Shown here piece by piece: positions 50,431 to 63,963 of a stretch of DNA of 64,000 bases. Position 1 is the stretch's first letter, and each line of letters opens with the position of its first letter. This DNA is from Octopus sinensis (taxonomy: Eukaryota), in assembly GCF_006345805.1 (NCBI RefSeq), contig NC_043014.1, positions 55,118,001-55,182,000 on the forward strand, in the 5' to 3' direction. The position numbers and the translations under genes were made by a program. The notes under the pieces are model-generated. The model searched no databases, had not been told where the DNA came from, and worked only from the letters and a program-made list of their open reading frames with translations.

Positions 50431-52126
50431 GCAGCCAAGTCACCGATTCCCCCTTTTTTCCAGATTAACAGAATGATTCCGAAAGAGAATGGGAAACATG
50501 CTGAGATTTCCCATTCTTAGAAATTCATCATCACAAACAATAATTCATCAATCAACCATAAAAAACCAAACCAACAACTCCATCCGCATCTTAACCCTCC
50601 ACCATTCAAATCACTCATGTTTATTCATTCGCATCATTTTCAATTAGTCATCAGTCATCTTGTGGCCTCGAGATTTCAATGATGTAATTGGACTTTTTTT
50701 TTTATCTGTTTATTTAAGTCATTTAGACTGTGGCCATGCTGGGGCACTGCCTTGAAGAATTTTTAGTCAAATGAATTGACCCCCCCCCCAGGACGTAGTT
50801 GTTTTAGCCTGGTACTTATTCTGTTGGTCTCTTTTGGTGAACTGCCAAGTTAAGGGGATGCAAATACACCGACACTGGTTGTCAAGCTGTGGCGGTGGGG
50901 ACAAACAAAGACACACACACACACACACATACATACATACATACACACATACAACAGGCTTCGTTCAGTTTCCACCTACCAAATCACCAAATCCACTCAC
51001 AGGGTGCTACGCAGTGGGATTGAACCCAGAACCAAGTGGTTGGGAAGCAAGCTTCTTACCAGACAGCCATGCCAAATTATTCTTAGAAGAGCATTGTAGG
51101 GCAAGTGTGAGAGGCGAGATCCAGTTGGCTTGAATATAAAACAGAACATTTGGTCTGGATATGGATGGTTTAAATGGCAAAGGGTGAAATGCCAGGCCCC
51201 TGCCTCACCCCACATGCTGAATTCTGTACAGGAATTGATGGCACAAAGTGCTCGCTGGAATGATTAAAAATTTTAATTTTTCTTTTTTTTAATAAATTTC
51301 CATGATGCTGGAAACTGAATTTACATGAAATGTTAATTATTTCAATTTACATTTCTTGTTAATGAAATCAAATTAAATTAAATTACAGGCACTGATTGCT
51401 TTGGATGTAATTGCAGAGATGGGTTTGAAACAAACTGGGTTAACGACAAAAGTGCATCAGGGAATTAATTACTTTGCTATAACCAAAAGCAATAAATATT
51501 GTAATAACGAGAGTTATTTTTTTTTAATCTTTTACTTGTTTCAATCATTGGAGTGTGACCATGCTGGAGCACCATCTCGAAGGGTTTTAAGTGGAACAAA
51601 TTGACTAATGGGGTTTGTTTTTAAAGACCAATATTTAATCTGTCTGTTTTGTTGAAATGCTAACTTGCAGGGACATAAACAAACCAACACTGGTTGTGAA
51701 GCAGTGGTGGTAGAGTGATAAACACATACACACACACACACACACACATAATGGGCTTCTTTCAGTTTCCGTCTACCAAATGCACTCACAAGGCTTTAGT
51801 CGGACCGAGGCTGTTGTAGAAAACGCTGGCTCAAGGTCCCATGCAGTGGGACTGAACCTGGAACCATGTGGTTGGGAAGCAAGCTTCTTACCACACAGCC
51901 ATGCTGCGCATATATATTAACATCGCAGGAATTTAAAAACTTGAGGAATGTGAATTCTTTTTTAGGGGTCAGTGAACTATGAAGCAAATAAAGTCATAGA
52001 TAATAGCAGGTAAATACTGATGAAAAACCCATTCGTAGAGAAAAACTCGAAGGCTGCTTCCGGATTTTTCTATCCAATATTTACTCACTATTATTTGAAT
52101 CTTTGTGAATCTTCCACAAACAACCA

Positions 52127-52500
52127 GGCGCAGGAGTGGCTGGGTGGTAAGTAGCTTGCTAACCAACCACATGGTTCCGGGTTCAGTCCCACTGCGTGGC
52201 ACCTTGGGCAAGTGTCTTCTGCTATAGCCCCGGGCTGACCAATGCCTTGTGAGTGGATTTGGTAGACGGAAACTGAAAGAAGCCTGTCGTATATATGTAT
52301 ATATATATATATATATGTATACGTGTGTGTGTGTTTGTGTGTCTGTGTTTGTCCCCCTAGCATTGCTTGACAACTGATGCTGGTGTGTTTATGTCCCCGT
52401 TACTTAGCGGTTCGGCAAAAGAGACCGATAGAATAAGTACTGGGCTTACAAAAAATAAGAATAAGTTCCGGGGTCGATTTGCTCAATTAAAGGCGGTGGA
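52127..52500 (+). mobile_element. SINE family B, 3' end truncated
   Basis: aggcgcaggagtggctggg head through ...aaggcggtg; lies head-to-head with an older minus copy at about 51530-51905. Confidence 0.85.
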
Positions 52501-54484
52501 AAAATTGTCTGCTGTTGTAAAGAATACACCTGAAACCTTTTAGTATATTAAATGTTTAACCTGTGTAAATTTTGCCACAGAAACCAATTTTTGCAATTAT
52601 GTAAAACCTCTTTAATGGTCACGGTTCACTGGTTTGCAGTAAAAATAGAGGCATCCAACCGCAGCAACAAACTAATACTAACAACACCACCAACAACAAC
52701 AAAACAGTCTAATTTGTGAAGGAAAAAGGATGCAAAAGAGATAATAATAATAAAAATGGTTTTAATTAAAGAATGTTAAATTAATTAAAGAATATTAAAT
52801 TGTTTTTAACAAATAATTCAGCAGATTGATGGTGAAGGTCTTTATGTTACCTAAAAAGTTTAATTAATTATTTAGAAAATGGCTGTGTGTGTGTGTGAGT
52901 GACAAAGAGAGATAGAGACAGACAGACAAACAGACAGACGGACGGATGGACAGAGAGCGGGTAAGGGGTAGCTGTTTAGCATTTGCCAAACAACTAAAAA
53001 TGATTAATTATATTATCAAGTATATATATTTAGACTCACTCCAAAATCATTTTGAGAGACTGACCCCAAGGGTCACAAGTGTGACCCAGTTGGGGCCTCA
53101 TTCAACTCTGCTGCACTTCAAGACTTCCATGCTATTTTTAATGATGGATTTACTTTGATGACAATCAGAAGAAAGAGGTGAAAGCCCTTCACTTTTTTCA
53201 GGGCCTCATAGACAGGGCGACATTGAAGGGGTTGATGCCCAGTTTGAATATTTGCAGGGAAAAGTTTGTGAGGGGAAGAAAGCTGGAGAACAACCTTGAA
53301 GGGCTACCTTTTTCTTTTTAATTTGTTTCAGGAATTAGACTGTGGCCCATGTTGGAGCAGCTGCCTTGAAGAATTTTTTTAAAAAAGCCTGGTACTTATT
53401 CTGTCAGTCTTTTTGTTGAGCTGCAGTTGTGGGGATGTAAACACACCAACACCGGTTGCCAAACAGTGCTGGAGGTCAAACACACGCAATGAGCTTCTTC
53501 CAATTTCCATCTACCAAATCCACTCACAAGCCTTTGGTTGGCCCAAGACTATGTAGAGGACACTTGCCCAAGGTGCCACATCGTGGGACTGAACCCAGAA
53601 CCATGTGGTTGGCAAGTAAGCTTCTTACCACACAGCCCTGGGCTGGAGTAGATTTCCTGAAGGTGATGTGCAGTGGGTTTGAACCATGAACTCTGTGGCT
53701 GCAATAGGATCTTAACAACACACCCATTCCTGCACCTGGTTGAAATTACTGCAACAGAATAAACTCTGGCAAAGGAATCCGAAGAGTGAGCAGTGATGGT
53801 CATGGTCTATGGATCGGTACAACTGCACGTTCGTTCAAGTGAAGAAGGGAGACAGTTATAATCTCTAACATTTTAGAGTAAATGCTAAACACACACACAC
53901 ACACACAGATGTACACACATTCTTATACATATCATGGCGTTAGGAAGGGCATCCAGCCGTAGAAACATTGCCAGATCAGACTGGGCCTGGTGCAGCCTTC
54001 TGGCTTCCCAGACCCCAGTTGAACCGTCCAACCCATACTAGCATGGAAAGCGGACGCTAAACGATGATGATGATGATGATGATCATGACACAAGATCACC
54101 TCCTCCAATGCCCCCTCCCCACTCAAAAATTCTTTGTCTGGTAAACTGTGTGAGTGCCACGTAAAAACCACTCAGCCCACCACTCTATGGAGTGGTTGGT
54201 GTTAGGAAGGGCATCCAGTCAATAGAAACCATGGCAAAACAGACATAGAAGCATGGCGCAGGCTCCTGCCTGGCCAGCGCCTGGCAAACTGTTCAACCCA
54301 TGCCAGCATGGAAGGAGAATGTTAAACAATGATGATGATGATGATATGAACGAGATGTAAACAGTAACTGCACGACAATGTGAGATATACTAGCTATCTC
54401 AATATGGCTAACCACTCCTGGGGCTACAAGCTACAGTAACACTCACCCTTAGTGGTTAGCCATATTGAGATGGCAAGTATACCT

Positions 54485-54897
54485 CACATTATATATATAT
54501 AGACATATATATATATACATACATTCTTTTATATATATGACATATATATATATACATACATTCTTTGATATATATATATATATAGATATGACATATATAT
54601 ATATATATATACATACATTCTTTGATATATATATATATAGATATGACATATATATTATATATATATATACATACATTCTTTGATATATATATATAGATAT
54701 GACATATATATATATATACATACATTCTTTGATATATATATAGACACACACACATTCGTATACATACATATATACATGCATATATATGCATAACTACACC
54801 AAAAATGGGTTTTGAAGATGTGGTCCTCCAACCCTTTGAATTCTGTTGAACCATCCTATTTACACCAGCATGGAAAATTATATACATACACACACAA

Positions 54898-54942
<45 letters not shown>

Positions 54943-54995
54943 CACACACATACATACACACACTAATCTAGTTATATATATATATATATATAGGC
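54485..54995. repeat. TA-derived minisatellite (~44-bp unit) plus (CA)/(TA) tracts
   Basis: Unit gacat(at)n acatacattctttgat(at)n agat repeated about 5 times. Confidence 0.9.
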
Positions 54996-55989
54996 ATAAT
55001 TAATTCATATACCCCATGGTGAGTTATAACATTACAAAGAGTAGCGAAAACGGTAATGGAAACGGTAGTTGAAAAGACATTACTGAGAGAGAGATTGGCA
55101 ACAGAGGAATAAATAAATAAATAAGTAAATATATAAGAAAAAAAAAAGGATAAAGGAAAAAAAAAAGAAACAGGCAAAATAAGTAGTAGCAGCAGTAGCA
55201 GCAGCAGCAGCGAGTGCTTCTCAAAGTAATAAGACCTGAACTACAAACATTACATTGAATTTTACATTCTACATATGCCCTCCACCCGCGACACACCACA
55301 ACATTCTCACAGAACTGACTGGCTTCTTCTGGATTCCAGTGAGAAAAAAAAAAGAAAAAGAAAAAAAATGGAATGTAAAAGAAGTGCAGCAGTCAAAACA
55401 AGTGATTCTGCGAAACGGTAAAGAGAGAGAGAGAGAGAGAGGAAGAGAGAGAGAGGAGATTTGAAAAGTCTCATCACATTAGTAATCACCGAATGCAACT
55501 GGCATCCTCGGGGCGGGGCGAAGGGGGGAAGCGTTGGGTTTGCTTTTTAATAGGTGTACTTCTTCGTCAGCTCTCTAAATTAAGTCAGAATCAGCCGCGA
55601 AATGGAGATAGGATTTCTCAGAGTGTCTGTTTATACATGTATGTATGTATGTATGTATGTATGTATGTGCAGACACCCACACATCGTGTGTGCGTGTTTG
55701 TGGGTGTGAGTGTATCCCGGTCTTTAGAATAGGGGTACACCGTTTGTTGCACCGTGTTGCTGTGTGTGTTGCGGAAGGTGAACCAAAAGTGCTTGGCATC
55801 AGGAAGAGAATGTGGCTGCAAAAACAAAAAAAAAGGGCTTCCTTGGAAAGTCCATCTCAAACCAATAGCAACATCAAAGAATAGATATAATTCAATGATG
55901 ATGATGATTAATAACACACACACACACTGATACATATCATCATCATCATCATCGATTAACGTCTGTTTTCCATGCTGGCATGAGTTTGA

Positions 55990-56443
55990 TGTCTTGTCTT
56001 ATCTTGAGACAGCATTCACCCAGGGTGGGTTGAGCTGGCTTCATTCATCCTCATTGCTGCATCTCTCACAAACGCTGACCAGACCTGGCGATTTGAGGCT
56101 AACGACCGGCGTGATCTCCAACCACTCCTTATTCCAGCGGCGAACGCCGTAGACATGGGGGCCTAGGTTGGGTTCCAGATCAGCCTTGACTGTCATCAGC
56201 CAGGTTTTTCGTTGTCCACCATATCACTTTCACCAACCCTGAAGGGGAACTGGGGCAATTGCTTCGTAGATGAATTCTCCAGGTTGACGCGGAGGGCATG
56301 ACCCAGCCAACGCAGACGTCTCGTTAGGATGACTTGTTGGAGGGAGGTGATTTTGCACTGGTGTCGCATCGAATTGTTGGAGACAAAGTGATGCCATCGG
56401 ACACGAAGGATGCAGTGCAGACAGAGGTGATCGAAGGATTCTA
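55990..56443 (-). mobile_element. RTE-clade (BovB-like) LINE 3' fragment inserted into a family C SINE
   Basis: ESFDHLCLHCILRVRWHHFVSN...RRLRWLGHALR, then with a frameshift GGQRKTWLMTVKADLEP...RQVWSAFVRDA; tail caagataagacaagaca. Diverged TSD tgagtttgat/tgggttggat. Confidence 0.85.
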
Positions 56444-56863
56444 GTGGGTTGGATGGTTTGACAGGAGTTAGCAATGTTAGGGAGCAGCACCAGGTTTCAC
56501 TGTCTGTGTTGGCATGGTTGCTGTGGCTGGACGTCCTTCCTAGCGCCAACCACTTTACAGAGTGTACTGGGTGCTTTTTATGTGGCACCAGCACCGGTGC
56601 CTTTTTACATGGCAATACATATTTCATGTCGGTGTGTATATAAGCACAAGCATGGCTTGCTTTCCAACCATGTGTCTTCAGGTTCAGTCCTACCGCACGG
56701 TCCCGTGAGTAATTGTGTCCCTCTTTCATGCTGGCATGGATTGGAAGGTTTGACAGGAGCCGGCAAGTCAGTGAACTGCGTGTTTGTGTGTGGGCATGCA
56801 CCTCTGTTTGGCATCACGTTGGATGTCCCATCATTTCCAGTCATGTTTGGTCAGGGGGAATAT

Positions 56864-56899
<36 letters not shown>

Positions 56900-56901
<2 letters not shown>

Positions 56902-57256
56902 ATTCTGGTCGAGTAGCCCATCCCGCTCAAAAGGTCCCTGAATAAGGGTTGTTTAAGGATGTTGAATGAAACACCTATGTTTCCAGAGGTGAATTATTCA
57001 AACCCCAAAGGATCCCTCTCAACACATGGCTATGATGCTCCCCCACTACTTCTGCTCGTGATCAGAGATGCACATATCGTCAGCCACTAAGGGACATGCT
57101 CAACTGGTTAAGGTCAAACAACTGACAAGCAAATCTGTGGTATTGAGCAGAATATTTGCTGTAGCCCATCTTTTATACCAAGACAAAACATGATAACACT
57201 TCCAATCAGTTAAGATCAGGAGCCACGAGAGCCACTGCCTGGTCCTGCATCAGGGC
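56900..57256 (-). mobile_element. Additional SINE-like interspersed repeat
   Basis: Recognised from recall as a common octopus repeat, with head tgccctgatgcaggaccaggcagtggctc. It has no second copy in the window. Confidence 0.45.
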
Positions 57257-57859
57257 AAGGTGGCAGAATTGTTAGCATGGTGAGCAAAAAGGTTTAGTGG
57301 TATTTTGCTCCCACTATAGATTCTGAGTTCAAATTCTGCTGTGGTCAACTTAGACTTTCCTCCATTTGGGGGTCGATAAAACAAGTACTCGTTGAGCACT
57401 GGGGTTGGTCTAATTGATTTACCCGCTCCCATGAAATGACTGGCCTTGAGCCAAAATTTGATCCCATTATTATATCAAATTTATTGTTACACACACACAC
57501 AAACGAATGTATACATAAACATGCTGCAACTGCCAATAATCATTTGCTCCAGATGTTGATCTCTGATAGCAAACATCAAAGATAATTAACTCTGCAATGT
57601 CGAAATTATCAATATGCAAAATAAATAAAATAAATAAATACAAAAATACAAAAAAGGTTGGTATTTTGCAGCTTATCAGAGTGTAAATAATGTGCTTGAC
57701 GCAAAAAACCAAAAAACAACTTACATTTTTAATATATATATATATATATATAATTAATCAATATAGGGTGGCAAAAAAAAAAAATTTTGTAGAATTCTTT
57801 TGCCACCAGCGGCCTAGTGGGAAAAAATTAAATAGTCATAGACCATTTTTAAGTTCAAC

Positions 57860-58021
57860 ATCAACAATAAAGGAACGGCCATAATAGGCCATTCACCCAC
57901 TAGAAATAACAGCCAAAGCTTCAACCGCAAATAAAAGTCTTGACTTTTATTTGCGGTTGAAGCTTTGGCTGTTATTTCTAGTGGGTGAATGGCCTATTAT
58001 GGCCGTTCCTTGATTGTTGAT
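57860..58021. repeat. Near-perfect 162-bp palindrome
   Basis: 80-bp arms (57860-57939, 57942-58021), one mismatch, 2-nt spacer TT. Confidence 0.95.
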
Positions 58022-58024
58022 ATA

Positions 58025-58066
<42 letters not shown>

Positions 58067-59525
58067 GTATAATTATTATTTTTAATTGGCAGATATAAAG
58101 TGGACCATGGGCCAAGAATTTCATACGTGTTCTTATTTATCCTGTTTGTTCTATCAGACCTCTATGGCTTGGTATATAATACATATACACACACACAGAC
58201 ACACATACATACACACACACATATATATATATACACATATATAATTATTCAAATGTCAACAACTTGCTAACGACTGCCAGTGACAATTACCACTGGTTGC
58301 TTCAATGCAAGAAAACCGTTAGAGATCGTCCAACCTTTTCATTCTTCGTAGTTTTTCTTTTTTTCCTTCCTTTCCTCCCAAGAACACAGTATTTGATGTG
58401 TCAAGAATTATTAACAATAGGCATTACGAGGGTTAACTGAAGTAGGAAGAAACAAGAGTTAACGCTGACTGCAAAACCAAAACGGCTGCAGTGAGCAGGA
58501 AAATGTCATGTTTACAGATGATTCTGATAATATCATGTTCATATGATTTCACAGCGATTTATTCTGGAGGAGGAGGATAACATCTAGAATCTTTCAAAGA
58601 CAAGGTTACTGCAACTGACAGACTTTCAGCTCCACCACATCGCTTCAAGTATTGATTCGGCATAATGCTTCATGCTTCACGCTTCCAGCATAAAACTATG
58701 AGAGAGAAACGAGAATCAAGAATCATAGAAATGGAAGCAGATTTCTAACTGGGTGAGCCCAGACGCACCATCATCATCATCATTTAATGTTCACTTTTCC
58801 ATATTGGAATAAGTCAGGCGGAAATTGATGAGGCAGATTTTCAACGGCTGGATGCTCTTCCTGTCACCAATCCTCAGCTGTTTCTAAGCCAAATATCATT
58901 CCCATGTGGTCAAGCTTGTTTTTTTAGGGAAGAACGGAAATGAACCACCCCACTCGTATGACAGTGATGCTCCTTTACAGTCATCATGCACACACACACA
59001 CATACACACGTGCATGCATGTTTACTTAGACACAGGCATGGCTGTGTGCTGAGAAGCACCTTAGGCAAGGGTCTTCTACTATAGTCTTGGGTCAACCAAA
59101 GCCTTGTGAATGGATTTGGTGACAGAAACTGAAAGAAGCCCATCATACGTGTGTGTGTGTGTGTGTGTGTGTTTGTCCCCCACCACCATTTGACAACCAG
59201 CTTTGGCGTGTTTTCGCCCCAATAACTTCATGGCTTGACAAAAGAGACCAATAGAATCAGTACCAGGCTTTAAAAAAAAAAAGTTTATTCCTTTGACTAA
59301 AAATTCTGCAAGGCAGTGCCCCAGCATGGCCACAGTCTAATGACTGAAAAAAAGAAAGAAGACATATGTATATATACATATATATACTTCTTTCAGTTTC
59401 CATCTACCAAATCTACTCATGTATAATTACAAGTTAGAAATTTGTGTTATGCCAAACCCACTGATACAGTAATGCCCTCCCCCCACACTTCTCTTGGTGC
59501 TCTAAGAAGGGCCTATTTTGCTTAA

Positions 59526-59956
59526 CCTTTTTTTTGTTATCAATTTTCTGTTGAAATGCCCTACCTTTGTTTCAATTTTGAAAATAACGAAATTTTTTTG
59601 CAAACAACTTGTGGACGCAAGCGCTATCAGCTGAATCCTCCGCATACTGGATGTTAGTAAGCTTATGGGGTCATTAGGAGAAAACTCATGTCATTTCGGG
59701 ACCTTCCTCTCGACAGCATCATTGTGCACCCCTCTTCCTGAAATGAGGCCCCACTTGCTAGATCAACTGGTTACTAGGTTTCACTGAATATTCTTTTAGC
59801 CAATGAAAGAATTTAGTAAAACAACTTTGTCATTGCGTGTTTAGAACATAAATTAACATGAAATTTTGATGGGAGGTTATAATACAGGTCACTTTAAAAC
59901 AGGAAGTTTGTATTATAGGAGCAAGGGTGGTCCAAGGTGGGTTGGCACCAAAAGGG
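59526..59956 (+). mobile_element. piggyBac-type MITE carrying a ~200-bp internal insertion
   Basis: TTAA|CC-TTT ... AAAGGG|TTAA. Family sequence flanks unrelated, GC-richer DNA at about 59600-59790. Confidence 0.7.
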
Positions 59957-60049
59957 TTAACGGTTTATCCAGCTCTGCACAACATACGCTTACCAGGGAC
60001 ACACTTATTTACCAGACACATCAACATCAATGGAAGTTGTAGCTGTGAT

Positions 60050-60380
60050 ACCAGTGCTGGTGGCACGTAAGCGAACCATCCGAACGTGGCCGTTGCCAGC
60101 ACCGCCCCGACAGGCCTCTGTGCTGGTGGCACGTAAAAAGCACCATCCGACCGTGGCCGTTTGCCAGCCCCGTCTGGCACCTGTGCCGGTGGCACGTAAA
60201 AAGCACCCACTACACTCACGGAGTGGTTGGTGTTAGGAAAGGCATCCAGCCGTAGAAACACTGTCGGATCAGATTGGAGCCTGGTGCAGCCTTCTGGCTT
60301 CTCAGACCCCAGTTGAACCGTCCAACCCATGCTAGCATGGAAAATGGACGCTAAATGATGATGATGATGATGATGATGAC
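60050..60380 (+). mobile_element. SINE family C
   Basis: Internal units, conserved body and (GAT)n tail. Confidence 0.85.
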
Positions 60381-60454
60381 GACGCAAACAATAACCAGGC
60401 ATGTCCCACAAAAACACCCTGGCAACATGCATTTGTATAGAGACAGCATTGAGC

Positions 60455-60625
60455 ACACACACACACACACACACACACAGCAAATGTGCACAGATACACT
60501 CATACTGACACACACACACAGAGCTATACTTACACAAACACACACACACACCCAGCTATGTACACACACATAGAGCTATACACACACACACACACCACAC
60601 CCAGCTATGTACACACACATAGAGC

Positions 60626-60657
<32 letters not shown>

Positions 60658-60670
60658 ACTGTGTACACAC
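60455..60670. repeat. (CA)n-derived repeat with a ~42-bp duplicated unit
   Basis: cccagctatgtacacacacatagagctatacacac occurs twice. Confidence 0.85.
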
Positions 60671-61451
60671 AGAAGCACGCGGCAAAGATAAAATTAATCA
60701 CTGGTCTCTTTGTTTCTTATGAAGAGGAGGAGGAGGACAAAGTTAGGAATTAATCTCTGGAAAGGTCTTTAAGATTAATTCGAAACAGCAACAACAACAG
60801 CAACAATTGTTCAGGTTCTATTAATAAGCTATTGATTTTTGTACAGTTAATTGTTTCCCTGATGTAACTGGAGCTAAACTGTCTGTCTGTGTGCGACATC
60901 AGACCTGCCGCCACCACCCCGCTCAACCCCCACCCCACCCAGCCCCTCCCCCCAAACCTACCTGGCCCAACCCAGAGTACGTTTATGATAGACTGTCTGC
61001 CGGGGACATCAGACACCACTACCACCACCACACTGACCCCACTCAGACCAACTGTCTGTGGACATCAGAGACCACCACCACCACCACCACAACCACCATC
61101 AGACCCATCCTAACCCCCTCCCAGAGTTACCTTTATGACAAACAGACCACCTGTGACATCAGAGAAAAACCACCACCACCACGAACCAACCAACCCAGAT
61201 TATATTTATAACTAACCAGCTGTTATATCAAAGATCATCATCACCACGACCACCACCACGACCACCACCACAGAGTAAAATATATTTGTTTTAACCTACA
61301 AAAACTGAGGTGAAGGACCCTCAGAGTATTATCACTGGAACAATTAGACAGAATGAGAAACATTAGCCTCAGCCAATAGACGCCGGATGACAATCAGTGC
61401 AAACATTAATTGCATGTAGAGGATGCCACACGCTACCAGAGACAAACAGAC

Positions 61452-61482
<31 letters not shown>

Positions 61483-63547
61483 ATTTGTCTAAAACGAAAG
61501 GTGTAAGGGTTAAACAGCACAAACGAAAGGGGGGAGGTCTACCCTTTACTCTTCTTCTTCTTTTACCCCAAGGTCAGTTCCAAATCCAGTAATGGATAAT
61601 TTCTAAAGTAACCATCCGAAGCATATTGGATAAAATGCTTCCCAGCATTTTTATGTTCCAAGTTCAAATTCCACAAACGTCAACTTTACACCTTTCCTCT
61701 GAGGATTGCAAAAATAAAAGGACCAATCAAACAGACGGGGTCGATGTAATCAACTTACCTCCTCCCCTTAAATTTACTGGCCCGAGTCAAAATTTCAAAC
61801 CATTATTACTCCTCCTCCTTCTCCTCTAAGCATGCTCCTGTAGATTGAAGGAAGACAATGCAAAGCAGGCACTGGCCCTAGTGGTCAAGGGTGACCATAG
61901 TTTTGTGGGGTTTCCATGAGCAGCCCTAGCAAATCGCCCACTTTTGGAGCGATTATGGTTTTTACTGTTTACACTCTTCTATTTACGTAATCCCTCATTG
62001 TGTTACCCTGTGTTGCGCCCAATGTATTTTTGTGAACCCTTGACAGCTGTCATATCTACTAAAAGACTATTAATGACAATTACATTTGATCAGTGTGTAA
62101 CTGGTACTTAATTTATTGACCCCGAAAGGATGGAAGGCAAAGTCGACCTCGGCGGAATTTGAACTCACAACGTAACGGCAGACGAAATACCGCTAAGCAT
62201 TTCGTCCAGCGTGCTAACGATTCTGCCAGTTCACTGTCTTTATACCTGTATAACCATACTCAATCTTATTGTGTTGTGTGTTTGTAACCCTTTTCATATC
62301 AATTTACCTGAGACTGTCTTTCGTTCCATAATTCAGAACAGTTAAAGGAAAACTTATCCTAAAAAAAAAAATTGCAAAATGAAAAAAAAAAGCTGTTTTC
62401 TCTGTCAACCGACCCATAGAAAGAAAGTCAGTTTCTTTAACATGATTTTTCTAGTTTACAGTGTCTGTTTGTGTGTCTTCTTTATGGCAACATTTCCTAT
62501 GGCAAAATTTTCCCACGACAAAAGTGTTTACAGCAAATTTTTTCAGACACAATTCAAAACAGCCTGTTTTAAATTGTTTGTATTTAAATTAAAACCATCC
62601 ACTGTAATTTTATGTGAGAACCTGTTGTTCACTTATGTCCCAAACATCAATTTAATGACAACAGAATTGATAATTTTTTACTCAACACCTCCGTATTCTT
62701 GATTGTTTTCTTAACTGCGAGATATTAATGATATGGTTAGAAAAGGATTAAGTTGAACTCAAGTTAGTGAGAGGACAAGTTCAAAGAAGCATATATCGTG
62801 ATTTTGTATCTCCTCAGAGCCCATCAGGTTAGAATTTGGCAAACTGTAGATTTAGGACCGTTGAGCCAGATGCAGGGGCATATGAGGGATTAGGAATGCT
62901 GGGTGGGGGGATAAGGTGAGCAATTTGGAAACAAAGAAATACTCACAAAAACTTAAATAAATAGTTGTCCATGTGCAATATGAAAATTAAAAAAATCTAG
63001 ATTGAAATTTCTAGAGTTGAAGGGCCATGTCCAGCCTGCTTCTTGCTGGATTAGTTACAAAGGTGTGAGGGGCCACACCTGAGAAGCAGAAGCCAAGAAA
63101 TTCGGCCTGGCAAGTTAAGTCTGTGGAGCAAAAGCCATGAAGTCAGATCTGCAAAGCTATATCCAAGAAATCAGGCCCAAGAAGCCAGACTCATAGAACC
63201 AGGCCAAGAGAGTCAGATGCAGGAAACTAGGACTCAGGGAAGGCAGACTGAGGATCAAGACTCAAGAGTCATATGGTCTTGCAATCATGCCTAAAGCTTA
63301 TAAACATTATTTCACACCAAGAAAGTGCTAAGCATTTGACAAATAGTGATGTAATTGACTTAGAAGAATTACTAAACAGCTAATTAATTAATATTAATTT
63401 CAAATTTTGACACAAGGCCTGAAATTTCTGGATATGGATCAAGTTGATTACATTGACCCCTATAGTCACTGGTACTTATTCTATTGACCCTTGAAAGGAT
63501 GAAAGGTGAAGCTGACCTCAGTGGAATTTGAACTCAGAATGTAAAGA

Positions 63548-63719
63548 AGGCGCAGGAGTGGCTGTGTGGTAAGTAGCTTGCTAACCAACCACATGGTTCC
63601 GGGTTCAGTCCCACTGCGTGGCATCTTGGGCAAGTGTCTTTTGCTATAGCCTCGGCCCGACCAAAGCCTTGTGAGTGGATTTGGTAGACGGAAACTGAAA
63701 GAAGCCTGTCGTATATATG

Positions 63720-63765
<46 letters not shown>

Positions 63766-63963
63766 TTTGTCCCCCTAGCATTGCTTGACAACCGATGGTG
63801 GTGTGTTTACGTCCCCATCACTTAGCGGTTCAGCAAAAGAGACCGGCAGAATAAGTACTGGGCTTACAAAGAATAAGTCCCGGGGTCGATTTGCTTGACT
63901 AAAGGCGGTGCTCCAGCATGGCCGCAGTCAAATGACTGAAACAAATAAAAGAGTAAAGAGTAA
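63548..63963 (+). mobile_element. SINE family B, full length, nested in a minus-strand family A SINE
   Basis: Complete head to (agagta)n tail; the host sequence agaatgtaaagaag|aaatgctgccaagc is split around it. Confidence 0.9.

Noticed and set aside
49962-50520. 178-aa Asp-rich ORF as an acidic biomineralisation-type protein
   Set aside because: A degenerate (GAT)n repeat open in several frames on both strands, with no signal peptide or splice context, inside an intron of an opposite-strand gene.
55555-55575. CTGACGAAG on the minus strand as a hammerhead core
   Set aside because: No stem II or GAAA follows.
63056-63293. About 79-codon open plus frame rich in Q/E/R/S
   Set aside because: No upstream Met or splice sites, low-complexity purine-rich sequence and no recognisable domain; compatible with chance.
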